From: an uncultured Desulfobacterales bacterium
Lineage (GTDB): Bacteria > Desulfobacterota > Desulfobacteria > Desulfobacterales > CAJINA01
NCBI GenBank assembly: GCA_964647585.1
Contig: CAZYGG010000008.1
Location: forward strand, 2,643 to 66,642
Direction: 5' to 3'
Length of the DNA: 64,000 nt
The translations under genes and the position numbers were made by a program. The notes beneath the pieces are model-generated. The model was not told where the DNA came from. It made no database searches and was given only the letters and a program-made list of their open reading frames with translations. Of the stretch, positions 57,641-64,000 are shown one piece after another; the stretch's first letter is position 1, and each line of letters opens with the position of its first letter.

Positions 57641-58075
57641 ATGTCTAAAGTACTGATCGTTTATGCGAGCCGATCCGGCGAGACCGAAAAGATGGCCAAT
57701 ATCATTGCCGAAGGTGTTCGCTTCAGCGGTAACGAAGCCGCGGTAAAAAGTGTCAAGGATATCGGTTCCGAGAATGATACGGATGAATATGATGCTCTGG
57801 TTCTGGGATCCGCCACCTATCACGGCGATATGATCCAGCCAATGAAGACCCTTTTGTTCTTGCTGGAAAAAGCGGCTCTGGAAGGCAAGCCCGGGGGCGC
57901 TTTCGGGGCGTTCGGTTGGAGCGGAGAGGCGCCGGACAGGATCTTCGACACCATGAAACACATCTATAAGATGGACATGGTCAGCGGCGCCCTGCGACTC
58001 AAGTCCACTTACATCGGCGGCGGCATCACCATGGCCCAGGATTACGGCAAGGAAATCGCTGCAAAACTTGGGTAA
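57641..58075 (+). CDS. Flavodoxin-domain protein
   Basis: YASRSGETEKMA, LGSATY, AFGWSGEA. Confidence 0.9.
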   Translation: MSKVLIVYASRSGETEKMANIIAEGVRFSGNEAAVKSVKDIGSENDTDEYDALVLGSATYHGDMIQPMKTLLFLLEKAALEGKPGGAFGAFGWSGEAPDRIFDTMKHIYKMDMVSGALRLKSTYIGGGITMAQDYGKEIAAKLG

Positions 58076-58194
58076 ACCACCCGGGAACGGGTGGCTCTAA
58101 AGGGCACATCCCAGTACCGGTGCCCGGGTTTTGCTACTTTCCCTGCAAGCCAGGGGTTGCATCCAGAACAATCAAACAGCGTAAGGAGAATATC

Positions 58195-58380
58195 ATGTCT
58201 ACGCCTCAACATTGCCCAGGCTTTGAAAATTTTAAGAACCTGCAGTCCTTTACCTGCAAATGCGGTGAATGTAATGAGTCAGTGGAAATTTTCTCTGACG
58301 AATTCGATAAGCCCCATAAGTGTAAAAAGTGCGGCGCCCAGATTAATTTTGCCGAGTGCACCCTGGAAGCAGGTACCTGA
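58195..58380 (+). CDS. Small Cys-rich zinc-ribbon-like protein
   Basis: AAGGAG RBS; CPG, CKCGEC, EIFSDE, CKKCG. Confidence 0.75.
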   Translation: MSTPQHCPGFENFKNLQSFTCKCGECNESVEIFSDEFDKPHKCKKCGAQINFAECTLEAGT

Positions 58381-58613
58381 TAATCCGCAGCGTCAGCCCG
58401 AGATGCCTTGGCACGGACCTTTTGACAGGGAGGTCGCCGGGCTGACCACGTTTAAAATAGTCATACAACCACCCGGCCGTTCCATTCCCTGGAAAGGTTC
58501 GCCTTATTGCCGCCAGCTCGTCCGGCCGGTCAATAATCAGGAGATTTTACTGTAGCTTTGTATCGAAATACGGTATTGGACTATAACTTATCTCAATGTC
58601 GGGAGTGAAATTC

Positions 58614-58967
58614 ATGTTCAAAAAGATTGCCTTGGTAATGGTTGCCCTGCTGGGACTGGGACTACTGGTCTCGGGGGGTACGGTGGGATCAGCAAATAAC
58701 GGGGCGGAAGAGATGATGCTCGAAGGCGGCTCCCGCGGTAAAGTACCCTTTCCGCATCGTACGCACCAAAAAGTGCTGGGGGACTGCAACCAGTGCCACG
58801 ATATTTTCCCACAGGAAACAGGCGCCATTACGCGGCTTAAAAAGGCCGGTGATTTGAAAAAGAAACAGGTCATGAACAAAAGCTGTGTCAAGTGCCATAA
58901 GTCCATGAAAAAGAGCGGCAGCAAAGCTGGTCCGACAACCTGTTCCAAGTGTCATGTCAGAGGATAA
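58614..58967 (+). CDS. Periplasmic triheme cytochrome c (c3/c7 family)
   Basis: Signal peptide; FPHRTH; CNQCH, CVKCH, CSKCH. Confidence 0.88.
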   Translation: MFKKIALVMVALLGLGLLVSGGTVGSANNGAEEMMLEGGSRGKVPFPHRTHQKVLGDCNQCHDIFPQETGAITRLKKAGDLKKKQVMNKSCVKCHKSMKKSGSKAGPTTCSKCHVRG

Positions 58968-58971
58968 AAAC

Positions 58972-59553
58972 ATGTTCGTAGTAGGCCTCCAGGGCAGTCC
59001 CCGGAAAAAAGGCAACACGGATTACCTGCTTGACCGGTTTCTGGAGCAGGCCGCCTCTTTGGGTGCCGAGACGTTTAAAATTCAGGTGGCCCAAAAAAAC
59101 ATCCTGCCCTGTATCGGCTGCAACAGCTGTATGAAAACCGGGCAGTGTGTCATCCAGACAGATGATATGTTTGCGGAAATCTATCCGCTCCTGCAAAAGG
59201 CCAACGTCATTGTAGCCGCCACGCCTGTCTTTTTTTATGGGCCGACCGCCCAGCTGAAAGCCCTGATCGACCGGTCGCAGGCGCTCTGGTCACGTAAATA
59301 CGCGCTTAAAATCGAAGATCCGCTGGCTGCAACCCGGAAGGGGTTCTTATTGTCGGTGGGAGCCACCGGCGGCAAGCAGCTCTTTGATGCCATCAAGCTG
59401 ATTGCAAAGTATTTCTTCGATGCGGCCGGTGCCAGTTTCCAGGGCTCCCTGATATTCAGACAGGTGGACCACGCCGGTGAATTGGAAAGCCTGCCGGGCC
59501 ACCGGGAAAAAATTGATGCAAGTGTGCGTGAACTGTTTGCGCCCGAAAGATAA
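58972..59553 (+). CDS. Iron-sulfur flavoprotein / NADPH-dependent FMN reductase family
   Basis: GSPRKKGNT, CIGCNSC-X5-C, TPVFF. Confidence 0.88.
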   Translation: MFVVGLQGSPRKKGNTDYLLDRFLEQAASLGAETFKIQVAQKNILPCIGCNSCMKTGQCVIQTDDMFAEIYPLLQKANVIVAATPVFFYGPTAQLKALIDRSQALWSRKYALKIEDPLAATRKGFLLSVGATGGKQLFDAIKLIAKYFFDAAGASFQGSLIFRQVDHAGELESLPGHREKIDASVRELFAPER

Positions 59554-59595
59554 AACATAGAATCTGTCTCAAAAAACGGAATAAGGAGAACCTGT

Positions 59596-59775
59596 ATGGC
59601 TAACCCGGAAGAAATCTACCAGTGTCAAACTGCTAATTGCGGCTATATGTATAATCCGGACAAGGGTGACCGAAAAGGTAAAATTAAAAAGGGGACCGCT
59701 TTTGAGGATTTACCCGATGACTGGAAATGCCCGGTCTGCGGTGCCAGTAAAAAAGCGTTTAAACCCCTTGCCTGA
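59596..59775 (+). CDS. Rubredoxin, C-X4-C variant
   Basis: Not in track; [25 protein letters not shown]...[15 protein letters not shown]. Confidence 0.92.
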   Translation: MANPEEIYQCQTANCGYMYNPDKGDRKGKIKKGTAFEDLPDDWKCPVCGASKKAFKPLA

Positions 59776-59902
59776 CTGGAGGCTGTCCGCTGATCGACTG
59801 GTAAGGACTTGAAAATTATTTTCAAATAATTATTTTAACGCGTGGTATCACCATAAACCGAATTGAAGCAACCAAATTACAATCTCATAACAGGAGGAAC
59901 CC

Positions 59903-60064
59903 ATGGATAAGTATGTATGTACACTCTGCGGCTATGTTTACGACCCGGCGCAAGGCGACCCTGACAATGATGTAGCCCCCGGAACCAAGTGGGAAGATGT
60001 ACCCGAAGACTGGGAGTGCCCGGTCTGCGGCGCGGCCAAAGAAGATTTTGAAAAAGAAGAATAG
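59903..60064 (+). CDS. Rubredoxin
   Basis: Not in track; [19 protein letters not shown]...[12 protein letters not shown]; GGAGG RBS. Confidence 0.95.
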   Translation: MDKYVCTLCGYVYDPAQGDPDNDVAPGTKWEDVPEDWECPVCGAAKEDFEKEE

Positions 60065-60170
60065 CCCGGTATCCGCCGACTGCGGATGCCGACCGGAGGA
60101 TACAACTGTCAGGGCCGGTGGAAACCGGCCCAATTATGAACAAACCCAACCGTAAAATCCCGAGGAACCT

Positions 60171-61358
60171 ATGGAACCGATCAAAATTGCCGAGAACATA
60201 TACAGCGTCGGCGTGAACGACTGGAATATCCGTGATTTTCACGGCTACTCGACCCACCTGGGTACCAGCTATAACGCCTTTTTAATTCTGGACGAAAAGA
60301 ATGTTCTCATTGATACCGTCAAAGAAGGCTTTTCCAAGGAACTGATCAGCAACATTGCCAATATTATCGATCCGCAAGAGATCGACATCGTCATCAGCAA
60401 CCACACGGAAATGGACCACACCGGCTCCCTGCCGCATGTGATGCACCGGGTCGGCGAACAAAAACCGCTCTACTGCTCCAAAATGGGGCTGAAGAACCTG
60501 CAGCGCCATTTTCCCAACAATTGGAATTATCATGCCGTTGAAAATGGGGAAACGCTCAACATCGGCAAGCGGACCCTGACATTCATGGAAACCCGGATGC
60601 TCCACTGGCCGGACAGCATGTTCACGTATTTGAACGAAGACAAGATCCTGTTCTCCAGCGATGCTTTCGGGCAGCACTATGCCGGCAACGAGGTCTTCGA
60701 CGATCAAACCGAAGACGCCATCATGCTGCATGCCAAGAAGTATTTTGCCAACATCCTGATGCTCTATTCGAAAAAAACCATCAAGCTGATCAACAAGGTC
60801 GTCGAGATGGGGCTCGAGCTTGACATGATTTGCCCGGATCACGGGATCATCTGGCGCGAGGATCCGAGCCGGATCATCAATGCCTACGCCCGCTGGTGCG
60901 AGGCCGAACCGGAAAAAAGGGCGGTCGTGATCTATGACACCATGTGGCACAGCACTGAAAAAATGGCCAATGCCATCGTGGCTGGCCTCTACGATGCCGG
61001 GGTGGAAGCCCGCCCGTTTAATATCCGCAAATCGGATCGTAGCGACATCATGACCGAAGTGCTGGACGCCAAGGCCATCGTGGTGGGTTCACCGACTCTG
61101 AACAACCAGATGTTTCCGAGTGTGGCCGATATGCTAACCTATATGAAGGGGCTCAAACCCCAGAACAAGATCGGGGCCGCCTTCGGGTCCTACGGCTGGA
61201 GCGGGGAATCCGTCAAGTACGTGACCAAGGAGCTGGAGGACATGAAGTTCGATATACCGGTCAAGGGCCTCAAGGTCCAGTACGTACCGGGCGAAGATGC
61301 CATCGGGCAGTGTGTGGACTTCGGCCGGGAAATTGGCAAGGCCGTAATGGCCGCCTAA
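60171..61358 (+). CDS. fprA: Flavodiiron protein (rubredoxin:oxygen/NO oxidoreductase)
   Basis: NHTEMDH, HWPD, SSDAFG, PDHG plus flavodoxin domain. Confidence 0.95.
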   Translation: MEPIKIAENIYSVGVNDWNIRDFHGYSTHLGTSYNAFLILDEKNVLIDTVKEGFSKELISNIANIIDPQEIDIVISNHTEMDHTGSLPHVMHRVGEQKPLYCSKMGLKNLQRHFPNNWNYHAVENGETLNIGKRTLTFMETRMLHWPDSMFTYLNEDKILFSSDAFGQHYAGNEVFDDQTEDAIMLHAKKYFANILMLYSKKTIKLINKVVEMGLELDMICPDHGIIWREDPSRIINAYARWCEAEPEKRAVVIYDTMWHSTEKMANAIVAGLYDAGVEARPFNIRKSDRSDIMTEVLDAKAIVVGSPTLNNQMFPSVADMLTYMKGLKPQNKIGAAFGSYGWSGESVKYVTKELEDMKFDIPVKGLKVQYVPGEDAIGQCVDFGREIGKAVMAA

Positions 61359-61438
61359 CAATGGGATTGTAGAATCCAGAAGGCATGGTGCGTCATTCAC
61401 TATCTGAAACGCCATGCCTTTTTTATGCGGAGATAATC

Positions 61439-61627
61439 ATGAAAAAGCCGTTTGTTGATATGGCGGCCTGCACCCTCTGCGGCGGCTGCATCGAGGTCTG
61501 CCCGCAGGTGTTTTCGGAAAATGAATTCGGTCATATTGAAGTGGCCGACATGGACACGTACCCCGAAGATGAGGTCAACGAGGCCATCAAGTACTGTCCG
61601 GAAGACTGCATTATCTGGGAGGAGTAA
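61439..61627 (+). CDS. Monocluster ferredoxin
   Basis: CTLCGGCIEVCP...CPEDCI; GGAG RBS. Confidence 0.9.
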   Translation: MKKPFVDMAACTLCGGCIEVCPQVFSENEFGHIEVADMDTYPEDEVNEAIKYCPEDCIIWEE

Positions 61628-61629
61628 GC

Positions 61630-61989
61630 ATGCATACCGAGTCAAAGAGGGCCGCCCTGTTTGTGTTCAACGGCGACCCCATGTGTTTCATCCACGTCCT
61701 GCTCAACGGCCTTGACCTGGCGGAAAACGGCTATGACGTAAAACTGGTCATCGAAGGTTCGGCAACAAAATTGATCCCCGGCCTGGACGAAACCGGCAAC
61801 CCGCAGCACCGCCTGTGGCAGAGCGTAAAAGAAAAAGGCCTGGTGGAAGGCGTCTGCAAGGCCTGCGCCACCAAGACGGGCGTGCTGGATGCCTGCGAGC
61901 AGCAGGGCCTGAGCCTGCTCGGCGATATGTCCGGACACCCGGCCATGTCCGCCTACCTGGATAGAGGCTTCGATCTGATTACTTTCTAG
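61630..61989 (+). CDS. DsrE-like protein
   Basis: MCFIHVLLN, VIEGSA, VCKACA. Confidence 0.75.
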   Translation: MHTESKRAALFVFNGDPMCFIHVLLNGLDLAENGYDVKLVIEGSATKLIPGLDETGNPQHRLWQSVKEKGLVEGVCKACATKTGVLDACEQQGLSLLGDMSGHPAMSAYLDRGFDLITF

Positions 61990-62007
61990 AAATGTTTTCC
62001 GATGTTA

Positions 62008-62098
62008 TGTCACTCTGAGCGGAGCGAAGAGTCTCCCACATGCACAGGCTACCTTTCATCGAAGGGGATTCTTCGTCGCTACGCTCCTCAGAATGACA
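62008..62098 (+). repeat. 91-bp palindromic repeat family B, copy 5
   Basis: Same consensus and length. Confidence 0.85.
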
Positions 62099-62178
62099 GA
62101 TAGGCATGTCAGAACAATATTTTGACGATAGTTATAATTTGATTTTCCCTTCAACCTTCAACCTTCCACCGGAACACT

Positions 62179-62841
62179 ATGCATAACCGGGCGCTTAAAA
62201 AAATGGTGCGGGAACTGCTGCTCCGGGAAGAGATGGATGCGGTGCTCGGACAGCTGTATACCCTGAACTTGCGCCGGGTCATTAATCCCCTGTTCTCGTT
62301 TTTCTGCAGCGGGGATGAGCTGCTGCGCTGGCGGGCCATCACGGCCGCCGGTGCGATCATCTCTAAAATGGCCCAGCGGAGGGTCGAAGACGCCCGGGTC
62401 ATGATGCGGCGGCTCATGTGGACCCTTAACGACGAGTCAGGCGGCATCGGCTGGGGCTCGCCCGAGGCCATGGGTGAAACCATGGCCCGCAGCGCCGTAC
62501 TTACCAAAGAGTATGCCGCCATACTTGCCTCCTACCTGAATCCCGCCGGCAATTATCTTGAACATGAAATACTGCAGCGCGGCGTATTGTGGGGGGCCAG
62601 CCGACTGGCCCGCCGCCGCGGAGCCGCAGCCGCAAGGACAGCGCCCTTTCTGGGGGCCTTCATGGAATCAGACGATCCCGTTCACCGGGGACTGGCAGCC
62701 CGGTGCGCCCGGGCACTGGCGCCATTCGCCGCCGTCCCGATCCCGCAGCATATTCTCGAAGATGAGACTATCATCAGGCTTTACTCCGACGAAAAGTTCC
62801 TGGATATCCCCATATGCAGACTGGCCACCGACGATATCTAA
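62179..62841 (+). CDS. DVU0298-like HEAT-repeat protein
   Basis: RRLMWTLNDESGGIGWGSPEAMGE motif. Confidence 0.75.
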   Translation: MHNRALKKMVRELLLREEMDAVLGQLYTLNLRRVINPLFSFFCSGDELLRWRAITAAGAIISKMAQRRVEDARVMMRRLMWTLNDESGGIGWGSPEAMGETMARSAVLTKEYAAILASYLNPAGNYLEHEILQRGVLWGASRLARRRGAAAARTAPFLGAFMESDDPVHRGLAARCARALAPFAAVPIPQHILEDETIIRLYSDEKFLDIPICRLATDDI

Positions 62842-62928
62842 AATGAATTCAAATCTTAAAACAACCGATCACACCTTCGACCTGACCAACATTAGAAGCG
62901 GTTGAAAAATTTGAGTATATAGAGTATT

Positions 62929-63101
62929 TAGAACCCATCTCAAAGAACGGATTTTGGTTCCCCGCAAAAAGCGCGCGGGATCTGTGACAAAATACGGCGG
63001 CCACGAATATCAAACCGGAGGAATACTCCAGTATTTCGAGAATTTGATATGAGCGCCCAACGCCGAGTTGGGGCCAAAAGACTTTTTTGAGATGGGTTAT
63101 A
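62929..63101. mobile_element. MITE-like element family C
   Basis: TIRs AACCCATCTCAAA / TTTGAGATGGGTT with TA ends; internal AACCGGAGGAATAC..GTATTTCGAG. Confidence 0.7.
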
Positions 63102-63136
63102 ATCAGGCTACGGAAGCAAACCCGGAGGATGTGAAA

Positions 63137-64000
63137 GTGGGAAAAAGCCAGACGACCTTGAAGCTTGTGTGTGTGTTTCTGATCATTTTGTCAGCCGCCG
63201 TTCAAGTAAAATCAGCCCAAGCCGGTGAACCGGCTATCCAGGGCCCCCTGTCGCTGGCCGAAGCCATCGCCATCGCCAACAAGGGCAACTTCGACCTGGC
63301 CATGGCTGCCCACCGCATCGAAAGTGCCGCAGCCGTCATCAAAAAGGCCCAATCGGCGTTCTACCCCCTGGTGGGGATATCCCTTGAATACATGCAGGCA
63401 GACGCACCGTCCCAGTATCTCTTCAAGACCATCGATCAACGCAAATTTGAACCAGGCACCGACTTTAACCAGCCCGGCTGGTTTGAAAACTGGGAAACCG
63501 GCGCCGTGGCCGAATTGAACCTTTACAACGGCAACCGGGACCGGCTCGGTGTCCAGATAGCTGAATCGGAAAAAAAATACCGGCAATCCGCCCGCAATGA
63601 GATCGCCAACGGCATCCGGATGGCGGTTATCCAAGCCTGGTATAACATTCTCGCCAGTGGTGACTACGTGGATATCTCCAATGAATCCCTGGAAACCATT
63701 GCCGCCCAGTTTGATATTATGAAGGTCCGTTACCGGGCCGGCGGCGCCCTTAAATCGGACCTGCTTCGCCTGGAAGTAAGGCTGGCCCTGGCCAAAGAAG
63801 AGGTGGTGCGCAGCAAGAATCGCCTGGAAATTTCCAAGACGGCGCTGGCCGGCGCCATGGGGCTCGATCCGGATATCAAACTGGAATTGAAAGAAGAGTC
63901 CAGTGTCCCTTTGATGGTCCCCCCAACGTATGACGAAGGCCTGACCATGGCGCTCTCCCTGCGGCCGGAAATCCGAAAAATTCGGGAAAAGGTATTTCAG
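63137..64000 (+). CDS. TolC-family outer membrane protein, truncated by the window edge
   Basis: Not in track; GGAGG RBS, signal peptide, LSLAEAIAIANKGN..AQSAFYP; frame open to the edge. Confidence 0.85.
   Translation, partial: MGKSQTTLKLVCVFLIILSAAVQVKSAQAGEPAIQGPLSLAEAIAIANKGNFDLAMAAHRIESAAAVIKKAQSAFYPLVGISLEYMQADAPSQYLFKTIDQRKFEPGTDFNQPGWFENWETGAVAELNLYNGNRDRLGVQIAESEKKYRQSARNEIANGIRMAVIQAWYNILASGDYVDISNESLETIAAQFDIMKVRYRAGGALKSDLLRLEVRLALAKEEVVRSKNRLEISKTALAGAMGLDPDIKLELKEESSVPLMVPPTYDEGLTMALSLRPEIRKIREKVFQ

Noticed and set aside
15673-62098. Family B repeats as a CRISPR array
   Set aside because: Dispersed single copies, related cores, no cas genes

Overview
Bacterial chromosomal window. 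Gene content points to a sulfate-reducing Desulfobacterota member, probably Desulfobacterales (inferred, no database search). Most of the window is an oxygen/redox-defence and respiration supercluster: CO dehydrogenase, glutaredoxin plus ferredoxin-thioredoxin reductase, Na+-NQR (nqrA-F), Fur/PerR, citrate synthase, 2-oxoglutarate dehydrogenase (sucAB-lpd), cydDC-rrf2-cydAB, trxC, nifUS, rubrerythrin, desulfoferrodoxin, rubredoxins, FprA, flavodoxins and several ferritin-like and small Cys-rich proteins. Main observations missed by the ORF track: (1) three UGA-readthrough selenoprotein genes, each with a SECIS-like hairpin (ArsS-type radical SAM, BCP peroxiredoxin, rhodanese-ferritin fusion); (2) many sigma54-type promoters, several paired with an upstream palindrome GAKACA-N4-TGTMTC, and an OrpR-like PAS/Fe-S enhancer-binding protein as candidate regulator; (3) an NqrA with two intact 4Fe-4S motifs; (4) a ~125-bp direct repeat bracketing a hybrid histidine kinase; (5) several families of MITE/REP-like intergenic repeats. 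No rRNA, tRNA, CRISPR array or transposase was recognised. All calls are by eye.
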